Assembly: GCA_001724265.1 (NCBI GenBank)
Contig: MEDY01000109.1
Span: 1-64,000, forward strand
Direction of reading: 5' to 3'
DNA length: 64,000 nucleotides
Source of the DNA: Rhizaria sp. SCN 62-66
Taxonomy: Eukaryota
Part shown: positions 1-12,437 of the stretch, piece by piece
How positions within the stretch are numbered: position 1 is the stretch's first letter
Layout of the letters: each line of letters opens with the position of its first letter
Position numbers and translations under genes: made by a program
The notes under the pieces: model-generated
Seen by the model: the letters and a program-made list of their open reading frames with translations, nothing else
What the model was told of the DNA's origin: nothing
The model's database searches: none

Positions 1-453
1 GTAGAAGCGGGCCTTCTTCTTGTCACCCTTGATCTTGAGGTTGACGTTCTTGTTGATGTTGACACCAACCTGCTTCTGGTAGGAGCGCTCGTGCTGTAGA
101 GGGGGAGAAGGGAGAGGCAGGGCAGCAGAAGATGGAACAGGCAGAAGCCAGAATAAGACGTGGGGTTGGGGTGAGCAAAGGGCCGTCCAATGGGGAACAA
201 AGAGAGCACGTGATGCGTATCCTTGCCATTTGTGAGGATACAACACACCACGTTGTTGTTTTAACACGATATACAGGGACGTTTGGAGTCCCATGTGGGG
301 CTAGAGAGAGGGAGGACACGGGCCGCATAGAGGTCCCACAGTACAAGCGAAGAGGCGTCGTCCGCACTTTCGATACTGCACGGAATAGCGATTGCCCAAC
401 AAAGGCATTTAGTGAGAGCATAAATTACGTACCTGGTCGAGGATCTCAGACAT
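1..453 (-). CDS. RPS11: 40S ribosomal protein S11 (uS17), 5' part; exon1 453-433, intron 432-94, exon2 93 to the window edge
   Basis: The spliced translation MSEILDQ|HERSYQKQVGVNINKNVNLKIKGDKKKARFY resembles the eukaryotic uS17 N-terminus (Q-x-ERAYQKQ...R-Y/F-Y). The intron has a GTACGT donor and a pyrimidine-rich CAG acceptor. Not in the ORF track. Confidence 0.85.
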
Positions 454-908
454 TCTTAGTAGATTCTGTCCTTTTTAGAGGAGACAAAGGCTTCTCAAAG
501 AGCACCGCCCGTGATCAGCGCAGGTCGATTGGTTCGACCGCCGAAATGACCGTGGGCCGATTTGGGAGCCGAGTTTTTGCGAACCACGATCGCCAGGTCC
601 GTTTCTCACCCCTCCGTTAAGTTACAGAACAGCGTCAAAGTGGACTGTAACTTCTGTTATAAGATATATAATTGAAGAGTGGTGCGGGAGCGCCTTTATG
701 GCATTATACACACGCCATTACACCGCTTTTGACGTTTGAAGAAACTCTATACAGATGCCTTTTTCCCCTTGCTCGCGCTCACCTGTCACGCCGAGACCTT
801 CCCTTTTTATCGCCTCTTTTACTTAGATCAGACGAAGCACGCACCCTCTCTTGCACATTCGAGTTAACACGCGTTATTGTAGTGGCTAGGCGACGTAACG
901 CGTCCGCA

Positions 909-3900
909 ATGGACCTATACAACGCGCCCGGCGCGCCTGCGGGTCTCCCTGCCGACACGCTCTCATTCCTCCACGCGTCGCCGCTGTACCACACTATCGC
1001 TGGCGGCTCCGCCATGACGGACATGCTTATGGCGCCGCGTGCAGGGGGTCACATAGTTGCTGCTGCCAGCGTCTATGGGACAGACTCGTACGCGAGCGCA
1101 GCGTTTCCGCCAACTGCGATCGCTGCGAACTACCCACCTCAACAGCAGCAGCAGCAACTGCTACAGCAGCAGCAGCAGCAACAGCAACAGTTGCAGCTGC
1201 AGCAGCAGCAACAATATGGAGGTTACCCACAGTCTCACCCGACGACGGGCATTCCGCTGCCGCCACAGTTTTCCCCCGCAACTGCATCTGTTTCCGCCTC
1301 GGACTCGAGCAGTAGCAGCAACAATGCGAGTAGCATCTGCGGTTACCACAACGGCGGTGCTAACTCGCGTCCCGGGACTACCAGCTCGACCAGCGACTCC
1401 TCATCCGCCTACTCCTCGGGCACAACGCACGGCCGTCCCGTGTTCCGCCCGTCCGGCGCCACGGCGGCGTCGTTCTCCAAGTTCGCCGCAACGTCGTCTA
1501 TCCCCACAGCGCCCCCGCCGCGGCTGCCGACGGCCAGTGGGCAGTACCGCGCCGCGCTGTCGCCGCAGTTCACGCCCACGCCGCCCCCGCGCACGGCGCG
1601 CGTGGCGCCCGTCGCCGCGGAGCCCGTGTACCCGTTCGCAGCTGCGATCCCGCACGGGCACAGCAGCGGCGGCCATGCGGCGCATAGCGCGCACTCGCAC
1701 TCGGCGCACTATCCCGTGGTTGTGGTGCCGCCGCCGTCGGGCTACCTGCAGCAACAACAGGGCCCCGACGGCGGCGGCGGCGGCGCGGTGCGGCGGCTTA
1801 ACACCGGCAGCGCGCGGCCCACCACGACCGCGGGTACGCGTGCCCTCGCGAGTGCCGGCTCGGCCTACGCCGGCGACCTCGGCGACGGCACCCATAGCAG
1901 TAGCAGCAGCAGCAGCAGCAGTAGCTCGCAGTCGCAGGGCACGCAGATGCTGCCGGCGCCGGTGACGGAAGCCCTGGCCAGCGCGGACGTCGCGTACGCC
2001 GCCAGCCGCGGCGCGCAGCAGCAGTGGTACTCTGATCAACATGCAACCGCAGTGGCCGTGCTCCCCTCGCTTGCACCCCACCCGGCCTCGCTGCCACCGC
2101 TGCTCGCGCCCGCAACCGCGTCCGGCGCCGTCGCCAGCGCAGTGTCGGCGGTAGCCGCGCTGGCCACGGCCGCCGCGGGCGCGGGCGCTGGCTCTGGCGG
2201 CGCTTCCGCCGCGCTCCCGGGCTCTGCCGCTGCGGGCTCAGTCGGCGGCGGCGGCGGCGGCGTCTCGAGCGTGGGCGGCGTGGCAGACGAATGCGACGAT
2301 CTGTCCTCGCACCTGCACCCGACTCTGCTTGTCCCGCTGCTGCGCCGCAAGATCACGACGCTGCAGACGGCGCTAGTGGCGTCTCGCCGCGAGCTGGGCG
2401 CGCTGCGGCTACTGCAACACGAGCTGGCGCAGGCGACGGCGCGCGGGGACAAGCTCGACGCCGCGCGCGCTGTGGCTGTGAAAGACGCGGCCGCGGCGGC
2501 GCAGGCGCGGGACAAGGTCGCGGCGGAGCGCGGCGAGCTCGCGCGGCGGCTGGAGCTGGCTGCAGACAAGCTGCGCGATGCTTGGCGCGACAAGGCCGAG
2601 GCCGAGGCCGAGCGCGCGGACGCCGTGGCGGACCGCGATGCCGCCGTCGCCAGCGCCGAGGAAGTGGCCGAGACCGCCGCGGCTGCCGCGCGCGAGGCCG
2701 CCGCGACGAGCCATGCGCTGCAGACGCAGCTGACCGCGCTGCGGGACGCGCTGGCGGCCGGGCAGGGTCGCGAGGAGCAGCAGGCCGCCGCGCTGGCCGC
2801 CGCTGTCGCCACCGCCGCGGGGTTGCGCAACGAACTGGCTGCCGCTGCTGACGAGCTGACGCGTGCGCGTGCGCAGACGACGGCGCTCGAGGGCACCGTG
2901 ACATCGTTGCGCGCCGAGCGTGCGTCCCTGGCGCAGGCCGCGGCGGCTGCACGCGCGGCGGCGGCGGCGGCGGCGGGCGACGCCGAGCGCGCGCGGGCGG
3001 CTGGCGAGGCCGCTGCGGTTGCGGCGCGCGTGGAAGAGCGTGCGCTGGCGGCGGAGCGCGAGGGCGAGCTGCAGCGGCGGCTCGAGCAGGCGCTGCTGCG
3101 GCCCGAGGCGCCCGAGGACGCGCCAGAGACAGACGCAAGGTACGCACAAACAATTAGAACAACGCACTAAGGAGCAATATTTCATTTGATATGCTCTTCC
3201 TTCCACTAATTCTTAAGCGCTCACATTTGTAATGTTATTTTTATTTTCTTGTTTCCCCTTAGGGCTCGTGCGATGCTGGCACGCCTGGCCAAGGACAACG
3301 CCCAGTTGCTCCGCTCCCTGGCGGGCATGCGGCTGCTCCTGGCGCGTTCGCTGCCGCCGTCGCTGCGCGTGGCGGCCGAGGCGATGCGCGGCGCGCTGGC
3401 CCGCATGCTGCAGCGCAAGGCGCAGGCGGCGTGCGCGCTGGGCGGCCACGCCGTCGTGCCTATCGGCGCCGAGGAAGCGCTCGACGTCGACGGGGTCGGG
3501 CGCGTGTTCCCCATCCGCCCCGACGCCCCGCTGCGCGCGCGCGGGCTCGAGGCGCGCGTCAAGGACCTTGAGGGGGACATCCGCGCCGGGCTGGAGGCCG
3601 AGGGCGGTCTCACGCTCCCCGTCTGGCCCTCCCCGCCCGCCGCGAGCTCCGCCGCCCTCAACCCCACCAGCCTCAGCAGCGTCCCGAGCGGGTTCGGCGC
3701 GAGCAACATGAGTTTCACGAGCAGTGGGACGCGGCAGCAGCAGGCGGCGGCCAGAGCCGCGGCGCACGAGGCCGCGGCCGAGGAGCGCGCGGCGGCGGCG
3801 CGGCAGGCGGCGCATGACGTGCGCGCGGCCGCCGCAGCCGTGTCGGCGGCGGTTGCGGGCGCCGCGGCATCGTCGGCGCGCGCTGCCGCTGCCGCGGTCA

Positions 3901-6194
3901 CGGTCACTGCTGCGGCGGCCGCGGATGCGCTCGGAGGCAACGGCAGCAGCAGCAACAGAAGCAGTAGCGAGGCCGGGGCAGACGCGAGTTCGAATCCCAG
4001 CGACGACGCGAATGCGCACGCTGCTGCTGGAAGCAGCCTCACTGTTGCTGCTGACGGCGGGTTCGACGCTACCATGCGCACGGCCAGTCCGCTGCTCGTG
4101 GCGCGCGGTCTGCACACCGCCAACGCCAGCGCCATCGCTGCTGCCCACGGTCAGGCTGCCCATGCGTACGGTCACTCTGCTCACGGTCACTCCGCAGCCG
4201 GCGCTGCGGGCGCTGCCCAGCCGCAGTATCACCACCAGAGCTCGCTGTCGCTGCCGCTGCCGCCGCCCGCGCTGCGGCTGTCGTCGGTCACCACGCTGCC
4301 GCAGGACGCGCTGGACGGGGCCGAGTCGCGCGCTGACGTTGCCAGCGCCACCGCAGCAGCAGCCGCAGCTGCGGCGGCTGCTGCAGCTGCGGCAGCGAGT
4401 TCTGCTAACGGTGCGACACACACTGCGGTGGACAGAGCGACGACTTCTGTTTTCGGCACAGACGCTCTTAATGCTGACTCTGAAGCCGCTGCGGGTGGCG
4501 CTGCTGATGACGGTGCTGTCACCGGCTCTCGGCCGCACCACAGGCGTCGTCTCACCGATCTCATCGCTGACTCGGCTGCGGCGGTCTTCTTCACGCCGTC
4601 GCCTGTGGCCCCGGGGGGCGCGACGGCCGGCGGCCAGAGCGACGCGCTCAGTCTGACGGGCGCAAGCGGCGGTGGCGCAACGGCGTCTGTGCCGACTGTC
4701 GTCGCCGAGCTCCCATCGAGAGCCGCGACTGGCAGAGCTGCTGCGGAGAGCGGGAACATGGGCGCAGCAGCAGCAGAGCAGCTGCAGCAGCGGTCTCTGC
4801 GCAGGACGAGCTCCCGTCTGACCGCCCTTGCACACACCGCGAGCACACACATCAACATCAATACCAACGGCAGCAGCGACGCTAGCGGCACCGCTCTCGG
4901 CGGGATTGCTGCGGCGCCGGCGTCATGGGCCGCGCATTGCCAGCACTTGTCCGCCACGGCGGCGTCGGCGCTGGCGCTCGCGCACGCGTCGTCGCGACTC
5001 GCCGTCGGCCACAGCGTCGCTTCGCTCGCGCCCGTGCCACCCGAGTCGTCGCTCTTCACACCCGGCGACGCCGAAGAAGACGCGCTTTACCTGCAACCGC
5101 TGTCGTTCCTGCACCCGCCCGCGCTCGTGCCCGTCCCTGCGGGCCCCGCGGTGTTGGGGCTGCAAATCAGCGCGACGTCTGCCAACGCCGTGCTCGTCGC
5201 GCGCGCTATCCCGGGCATGCCCGCGTACGAGGCCGGCGTGCGCGATTTCGACCTCATCATTGCGCTGGGCGACGCCGCGACGTACAGCGCGCGCGCGTTC
5301 GACGCCGCGCTCGTCGCGCTCGAGCCCGGCCAGGCCGTGCCGCTGCTGCTGCGGCGCGAGGGCCAGTCGCTCGTTGTCGTCGTCACCGCGGGCCGCCGCG
5401 ATGTGGGCGGGGAAGACATGCGGCAACACTTGTGGTGGGCGCAGGAGCGCTTCCTGGCCACGGGCGAGCTCATCTCACTACTCACCCTGTGGGACTCGGC
5501 GCTGGCGGAGTTCGCGACCGACGTGCTCGCTCCCGGCGCGCGCGAGGACGCGCTGACGACGGAGCTTGTGTCGGCCGAGGCCGCCGGGCCGACGCTGCGC
5601 GCGCTCGCGGCCCACTTGGCGGCGCTCGCCGAGGACCCCGTGCTGGCGGGCGGACTGGGCTCGAAGCTGGGCACTTTCGCGCAGCTGACGGCGCAGGCGT
5701 ATCCGCAGCCGCGGTTGCGCGCGAGCGAGGCTGGGCAGGGCCAGTACGGACACTTGCGTGTTATGACGCCCGCGGACGTCACGCTCAACCGGGGGCTCTC
5801 GCCAGTCGCGTTCACGGCAACGCCCGCCGGGGCGACGCCTGCGACGACGGTCGGGCCGAGTAGCACTGGCAACTCCAACAGCAACAGCAACAACAACAAC
5901 AACAGCGGCAGCGGGAGTGGCAGCAGCCCGAAGCTTGGTGGTGCGGCTGGTGCTCTGGGTGGGCTCTCGCTCAACACGAGCGTTGCCAACGGTGGCGGCT
6001 ACGGCAATGTTACGCCCAAGCTGTCACCGTCGGCAAGCTACGTAAACTCCGGCTCAGGTTCTGGCTCTGGCACTGGCTCTAGCTCTGGCTCGAGGCCTGG
6101 GACCGGTGGCGCGCGCCACAACACGAACGCGGGGACTGCTGTGGGGGCAAAGAAGAGGATGTCACAGTCTGGCGCTGCGGCTCCGATTGCTTAA
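909..6194 (+). CDS. Large low-complexity protein with a coiled coil and a C-terminal PDZ-like domain; exons 909-3139 and 3263-6194
   Basis: ORFs 672..3170 and 3249..6194 join in frame across a GTACGC...TTAG intron (DAR|ARAM). Ala/Glu/Arg heptad region at ~2330-3100. PDZ-like motif LGLQI...VLVARAIPGMPAYEAGVRDFDLIIAL...PGQAVPLLLRR at ~5150-5390. Ends TAA. Confidence 0.7.
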
Positions 6195-6645
6195 AGCACT
6201 TGCGCAGCGATGTGAGCTGCGTGATTCGTAACGGCTTATTTCGGATATAAACGCATATGAATGGGTCGTTGTGATTAAACGTAACAGTGTGAATACATTA
6301 CATAGTGATTTATTTGTCTTGTTCAAATATCTAAGAACATGTGTGCGTTCTATATGACCGATTTTAGCTCTTTTACCGCTCTGGAAAGCGTTTGTGGTGA
6401 CAAACCCCACGTCAGAGAGGAGCTAGTCGCAGAAGAAATGAACTTTGATTACCGTATGTAACGCTTGAGACATCGTCAATGCGAATATTGCCTCGCGAAT
6501 TAAGTTTTATATGCGGGTTAAATTCACGTTTTATTGATGAATTCATATTACACGTATATAATCGCTCAATATGTTGTCGCAAAGTTCTTCGGTCTCTTCC
6601 TAAATCTGTCAACTTTTTTTTTTTTGGTTGTTGTTTAAGTTTCGG

Positions 6646-9600
6646 ATGCAGCCAGCCGTTGCTGTTGACAATGCAGCGACTTTGGCTCGCACAACGGAAC
6701 GCACCGTACTCTCTGCTATCCGCGGCGTACTATCTCCAGCCGTGCGTGTGTTCCTGACGACTCTGTCCCGTGGCAGGCGCGCAAAGATTCTTATTTCGTC
6801 AGGTGTACTTAATGTCGGCGGTAAGCTTCCGCTGCCGAATGTGTCCGCCGCCGGTGCGGAGCTGGCTTCGCCATGCGCGGAGACGCGATACGCTGCGCTG
6901 GTGCGTTTGGCAGCGTGCGCAAGTGCAGCTGATATGGCTATGGACTACGCACAGGAGGTGTGGGATGACACCTGGGAGATCGATATTGAGGCCAAGAATG
7001 AGAAGGACGCCTACGACGACGGCGACTACCCCGATCTCGAGAACGAGCTCGACGGGGATGATGATGATGACGATGGCTGTGACGCTGACCGTGACGACTT
7101 TGTAGCCTCCCCTCGTCTGGGCAAGCGCGGAGGCAAGATCAGCGACGACGAGGACGACGATGATGACGAGGACGACGACGACGACGGTGACGACGATGCT
7201 GGCGACGCCGAATCGTCTGCTAACCTGACTCGGGTGCGCCTGCTTGCCGCCACCACGGTTAAGCGCATGCGCGCGCCGCTCGTCAGGTACTACCAGAAGC
7301 CCCACGCAGTCGCAGCGACGCTGATCCCACTGCTCTACTCCCCTGACCACGTCACGGCCGCGCTCGCCGCTGTCACACTCTACGCGCTGATCTCTACGGC
7401 CCCGGACCGCCGCGCCACAGCTCTGGCGACCGCCTTGGCGAACCCGCTGGCGGAGGCGCTGCTGGCGGTGCCCGTCAGCAACGCGATGGCAGTGCAGTAC
7501 GTCGCCCACGCGCTGGCCGAGTGCGGCAACAGCAACGTTGATCTGAAGCCGCTGGTGACGCTGGTGGCGCAGGGCGGGCCCGTGCAGATCGAGCTGCCGT
7601 GGGCGAAGGCCAAAGCGAAGAATGGAAAGGCCAAGGGCAAGGGCAAAGGTAAGGGCAAGGGTAAGGCTAAGGGCAAGGGCGGTAAGGGCAAGGGCGGTAA
7701 GGGCAAGGGCAAAGCGGCCAAGATCAAGGGCGACAAGAAGGGCAAGGATCAAGGGAAGGCTACGGGGACGAAGAACAACGCCAGCTCCACATCGGCAACG
7801 GTGGAGCTTGCGGCGAGCGACGATGGCGACGACGACGACGATGCTGAGCACCAAGGCGACGGCAGCGATGCCGGTGACGACGACGGCGACAAAGACGGCG
7901 ACGAGGACGCCGAAGAGGACGATGATGGCGACGATGATGATGACACGTCGGAGGCCAAAGCCACTTCTCCTTCCACTGCTGCGCCCGCTAGCACCCGCGC
8001 CGCGGCAGCCGCGGCCGTGCCAGCCGACCCCGACATGGTTCCGATGCTGCCGAGCGCCTTCGACTCGTGTTTCGAACAGCGGCTGCTGCGCCGCTTTACG
8101 CTGCTGCTCCGCACCGCCGCGCAGGCCGCCGCACAGGCCGCCGCGCAGTGCCAGAGCCAGAACTCGAGCTCCGACCAGCCCCTCGGCCGCGGCCGCGGCG
8201 GTGGCCGCAGAGGCGACCACGGCAGCCGCACCAGCAACAGCGAGAACGGCGGCAATGGCGGCGGAAGTGAGAGTGCGTACCGCGCGCGCGACGCGTTTGT
8301 GCCCGCCGCCGTCGCCGTCATGTGGCTACTGACTATGCTCACCTGCAACGTCGACATGGACCGCCTCGAGTGGCTACAGACGAAGGGACTGATCACACCA
8401 CACTACTGTGCCCTCCGCAGGGCGGCGACGTTCCTCGCGGTGGCGCCGCTGCCGGGGCTTGTCATGCGCTGCCTGATCGGGGATAACGCGGCGCTGTCGG
8501 CGGAGATCGACGCGGCGAACGGCAAGAGCAAGCATAGCAGCAAACACGCAGCGGTTGCAACCACAGAATCTTCTAGCTCAAGTGCGAACTATGGTCTTGA
8601 AGGCAGTGTCGGCGTTGACTTGAACTATGGTGTCGCTGAGGCTTCGTCGCGCCCGTGCGCGCCGTCGTTCGGCCCTCTGTGGCGTGTCAAGAAGGTCCTC
8701 ACCATGTCCGCGGACGCCGTGCAGCTCGTCTCGTACCTCTTCGCGAGCCTCGGCCACGCGCTGCCGCACGAGCCCGTCGTGGCGCCGGGTAAGGGGCTCA
8801 ACGGCGGTGACCACCGCAACGCCGCTGCGTGGGCCGCGCAGCCCGGGATGACGGCCGCGTGGACTGCCGCGGTCGCCGCGACCGCTCAGGCGATCAAGAC
8901 GGCGCTGCCGCCCGGGCTGGCCGCGGCCACGACGGCGCTGCAGCGCGCGGCGGTGGGCGCGCTCGAGGCGCACGAGGCCGCGTTCAAGGCCTGGGGCGAG
9001 GGCGACGAGATGGCGTTGACCGACAAGCTGGCGGCGTTCGAGAACACGGACTGTGCCGGCGTGACGTTGGCTGCGGACGTGATCGTCGCAGGAGTCACGG
9101 CGTCGCTGCCGCTGGTGCCGCTGCTGACGCCAGGGAACTACATGGCCTGCGTGGCATACAAGTGGGACGATTTGCTCTCCACGCTGATTCTCAACGACAA
9201 GGACGCCGAAGACGCCGACCCCGACTCCGAAGGAGTCATCGACTTTGGAGTTAATGACTCCGAAGACGACGGCGTCCAAGGTGACGTGCCCCCGCTGCCC
9301 GTACTCGTTGCCAGCGCGCGGCGCGGCGTTGTGGCCGTGCTGCTCGCGCTCGCGCAGCCGCGCATGGTGTCCATGGGCTCGCGCATGGTGTGCAAGGCGC
9401 TCTTGCTACTCCAGTCGTATTGCCACTACTCGCAGCTCGCCGTCCTCGTCTTCGGCGAGCCCACGGAGGCGCATTTCGCGAAGAAAAGCAACAACAAGGG
9501 CGGCAAGGCCGGAAAGGGCGGCGTTGGCTTGCGCGGCGGTGCACCCAGCCGCTTTTCTGACGACGGCGACGATTTTGGCGACGACTGCTACGGCGGAGAC

Positions 9601-10281
9601 GGCGAGGGCTTCTTCGACAACGGCCATGTAGAGATTGATGCCGCCGAAATGATTCACTCGCATGGATTCGCAGACCGCGAAGTCCGTGTATTCACCCCTC
9701 CCGCCTCTGCCGCGGCCGCCGCGGCCCGCGCGTGCTGGGGTGCCGCGCCGCAACTGGTGCAGCTGCTGTATGACCTCACCAGCGACGCGGGCGTCACGCT
9801 CACGCTCGACCTGCTGCGGTGCGCCGCGTGCCACGACACCCACGGCTTCGCCGTGCCCGGGCGCGAGCTCTCGCCCGCGGTCCTGTGCGCTGGGGCCCTG
9901 GCTGCCGTCGTCGCCATCGCCCCGGGACTCCGCGAAGACGGCTTGGCACGGGAGAGTGCGGGCGAGCTGGTCGCCTGGCTGGGCGCCTTAGTCATGCGCT
10001 GGCGCTCCGAGATTGAGTTCCGCGATCACAAGGACTATGCTACGAAGCAGCGCCGCGCGTGGCTGAAGAAGGAGATTGTTGATCCGCTGCAGACAATCTT
10101 TGAGGCCGGTAAGGAGGACGGCGGCAACTTGCGCGACATTGCGGCCCTAGCGGAGGAGAAGTTTGACTCCCGGGAGTGTAACTGGTCGGAGCTGCAGCTG
10201 ATTCTGGGTCCGATGTTTCAGGTCAATGAGGGCGAGCATATGTCAGCAACATCAGTGTATGAGGGTTCCGATAGTGACTAA
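6646..10281 (+). CDS. Uncharacterised ~1210-aa protein with Asp-rich tracts, a Gly-Lys repeat and helical segments
   Basis: Long single-exon ORF with strong GC3 bias and AT-rich flanks. Contains a (GK)n run at ~7610-7760. No domain recognised. Ends TAA. Confidence 0.7.
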   Translation: MQPAVAVDNAATLARTTERTVLSAIRGVLSPAVRVFLTTLSRGRRAKILISSGVLNVGGKLPLPNVSAAGAELASPCAETRYAALVRLAACASAADMAMDYAQEVWDDTWEIDIEAKNEKDAYDDGDYPDLENELDGDDDDDDGCDADRDDFVASPRLGKRGGKISDDEDDDDDEDDDDDGDDDAGDAESSANLTRVRLLAATTVKRMRAPLVRYYQKPHAVAATLIPLLYSPDHVTAALAAVTLYALISTAPDRRATALATALANPLAEALLAVPVSNAMAVQYVAHALAECGNSNVDLKPLVTLVAQGGPVQIELPWAKAKAKNGKAKGKGKGKGKGKAKGKGGKGKGGKGKGKAAKIKGDKKGKDQGKATGTKNNASSTSATVELAASDDGDDDDDAEHQGDGSDAGDDDGDKDGDEDAEEDDDGDDDDDTSEAKATSPSTAAPASTRAAAAAAVPADPDMVPMLPSAFDSCFEQRLLRRFTLLLRTAAQAAAQAAAQCQSQNSSSDQPLGRGRGGGRRGDHGSRTSNSENGGNGGGSESAYRARDAFVPAAVAVMWLLTMLTCNVDMDRLEWLQTKGLITPHYCALRRAATFLAVAPLPGLVMRCLIGDNAALSAEIDAANGKSKHSSKHAAVATTESSSSSANYGLEGSVGVDLNYGVAEASSRPCAPSFGPLWRVKKVLTMSADAVQLVSYLFASLGHALPHEPVVAPGKGLNGGDHRNAAAWAAQPGMTAAWTAAVAATAQAIKTALPPGLAAATTALQRAAVGALEAHEAAFKAWGEGDEMALTDKLAAFENTDCAGVTLAADVIVAGVTASLPLVPLLTPGNYMACVAYKWDDLLSTLILNDKDAEDADPDSEGVIDFGVNDSEDDGVQGDVPPLPVLVASARRGVVAVLLALAQPRMVSMGSRMVCKALLLLQSYCHYSQLAVLVFGEPTEAHFAKKSNNKGGKAGKGGVGLRGGAPSRFSDDGDDFGDDCYGGDGEGFFDNGHVEIDAAEMIHSHGFADREVRVFTPPASAAAAAARACWGAAPQLVQLLYDLTSDAGVTLTLDLLRCAACHDTHGFAVPGRELSPAVLCAGALAAVVAIAPGLREDGLARESAGELVAWLGALVMRWRSEIEFRDHKDYATKQRRAWLKKEIVDPLQTIFEAGKEDGGNLRDIAALAEEKFDSRECNWSELQLILGPMFQVNEGEHMSATSVYEGSDSD

Positions 10282-10904
10282 GTTGGACCTCAGGAATGAT
10301 AGGTACAGCGAGCGCGAAATCTGTACTAAATCGCCGCTGCAGTAGCGCTGATCTATTGCTGTTGCGCGCTGACTTGGCCCGTGTTATCTCACGATCTGTG
10401 TGTCTGTGATATTTTTTTGTTTTGTTTTGTTTCATGTTCTGTCTCTATCATCTTATGTGCGAGTTTACTAGTCCTGGGTGTTCTTTTATCGGTATCCTTA
10501 ACCAAAGCAGTAGTAACACAAAATCGCCACAACATATTTTTCATTTCTTCTAGCAGTTGTTTCACTTAGAAATGACACTTTATTCGGTTTTTAAATCCTA
10601 TTACGGATTAATTACAATGTTTTACGAACTATTAATCAATTAACCTTTACAATTTGCCAGCATTTCGTCTAACTTGCCGGAACGTGGTCATTGTGCCCTC
10701 CTTTGTCAATCAAATGTGGACGATGATCCGTTTATTTTTCTATTCTGACGTAAGTATGAGTCAGTAACTGGCCGTTATATGACACGACGTTGCCATCCCA
10801 GCTACTCAAGCTTATATCATCTAAATAAACACTTTTTGTCGAAGACATATTGGGATAAGCGGACGTACCGACACCAACGCGACATGAATAAGTATACGTA
10901 CACG

Positions 10905-10954
10905 CGACCATCGGCTCGCAGTGAGATACTCGACCATCGGCTCGCAGTGAGATA
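10905..10954. repeat. Direct tandem repeat, 2 x 24 bp (CGACCATCGGCTCGCAGTGAGATA) with a 2-bp spacer
   Basis: Identical copies at 10905-10928 and 10931-10954, just downstream of the DYNC2LI1 stop (probable 3'UTR). Confidence 0.9.
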
Positions 10955-10996
10955 TTCCCGCCCACACCACATATCCCCAATCACATCTCTATTCAT

Positions 10997-12437
10997 TCAC
11001 TTCTTATTCACAGCATTGACGCCCGCCGCAGTCCCGGCATTGGTACCACCCGCACTGGCATTCGTGTTGTTCGCCGTAGAGGCGGCTGCGGTGGCGGCGG
11101 CGGCGGCCCGCTCTGCCTGCCTGACCTTGTCCACAAGCGCGGCCTGCCGCTCCGCGCGGCGCACCTCCTCCTCGGCGGCCGCGACGGCGGCGTCGACAGC
11201 CCGCTCGGCCTTGAGCGCGGGCACGCCGCCCGCGGCGCGCTCCGCGGGCTCAGCCTCCTCCCCGGCCACCAGCACGCGCGCGACAGCCCCGGCGTAGGCA
11301 GTCAGCAGGGCCTCGGTGCCCGCAGCCAGCGCGGCGGCCGGGACGCCCGCGGCCGTGATCGCGGCCGCGGAGTCCTGCCCCGGCGCCAGGGCCGGCCCGG
11401 AGAAGGCGTCGGTGACGGCGGTGCCCACGCGGCCGGCGGCGCGCGCCTTGAGCGCCGGCACCGTCGCGCCCGCGGGGCCGCCCAACACGGCCAGCCCGCA
11501 GCCCGCGCGGTGCGCGACGGCGCGCAGAAACGCCAGCGGCAGCCGCGCGCGGTCGGGCAGCGCGGCGGCCGAGGCGAGCAGCGAGTCGTAGCGAGTCGCC
11601 AACAGCGTCACGGGCAGCGGCAGGGGCTTGAGGGCGGGGCGGTCGGGGTGCGAGGCGAAGTGCGCCTGCGTGGCCGCGACAAGGCGCGCGGGCAGCGGGG
11701 AGTGCTTGGCCGACAGCGCCGTGAACACGGCGTGGATGCGCGCGCGCAACTTCTCAATCTAGAAAGGACGGTTTGCAGTCAAGTATCACGCATAGTGTCG
11801 TGCATGGGCCAGATTTAAGAGGAGAAGTGAGATATTTACAATTAAAAGACGACGAGATATGGATATATAAAGACCAAATATAATACCTTATTACATCAAA
11901 ATGAGAGAGTTGCGTTGACAGCATTGTTCGATAACAAGCTGTGGTTCAGAGATTGTGAGAAGAGATTCGTACCCAGAACGCAGCGTGTTCGACCACATGG
12001 AGCGGCTTCGAGACGTCAACGAGGATAAAGATGTGGATCGACGCAACGTTCTCCTCCGTAATCGCGTGCTCGAGCAGCGAGGCCATGCGCCGGCCCCCGC
12101 CCACTTCCCAGAAGTGCGCCACTGCGCCCCAGGAGCTTGAGATTCCGTTACTGTTCCCGCCTCCTGGCGCGGGCATGCGGGCGAGTTTGTAGTCGAGCAG
12201 CGTGTCTGGCTGCACGGCAAATGCGGGCGCGCCCTGCTTGCCAAGGTACTGGCTCCACAGCGTCGACTTGCCGCTGCCCTGCGCGCCCATGAAGACGACT
12301 GTGGTGTCGTCGGTGCGGGTCGGCGCGGCGGCCGCGGCAGAAGCGGCGGCGGCGTGCTGCGAGGTGCGCAGGGACGACAGCGCGGACCAGAGGTCCGTAG
12401 AGCTCGCAGGGGCGGACGGCGCGACGGGGGAGGCCAT
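10997..12437 (-). CDS. DYNC2LI1: Cytoplasmic dynein 2 light intermediate chain 1 (IFT dynein); exons 12437-11973 and 11758-10997
   Basis: P-loop-like GAQGSGKST, LDYKLAR, AHFWEVGGG, ILVDVSKP; exon 2 has PLPVTLLATRYD and FLRAVAH. A GTACGA...CTAG intron joins FW|IEKLR. Ends TGA. Confidence 0.8.

Noticed and set aside
3213-4850. Long antisense and alternative-frame ORFs (e.g. 3213..4850, 6799..8220, 17151..18158, 35568..36647 and many small ORFs over 59262-63998)
   Set aside because: These are shadow ORFs produced by extreme GC3 bias of the real genes. Their translations are Arg/Pro/Ala-rich and lack recognisable motifs.
10796-10807. TCCCAGCTACTC, resembling the SRP RNA Alu domain
   Set aside because: No SRP helix-8 motif or supporting structure is visible nearby.
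10905-10954. The 24-bp direct repeat as a CRISPR array
   Set aside because: Only two copies with a 2-bp spacer, in a eukaryotic 3'UTR context with no cas genes.
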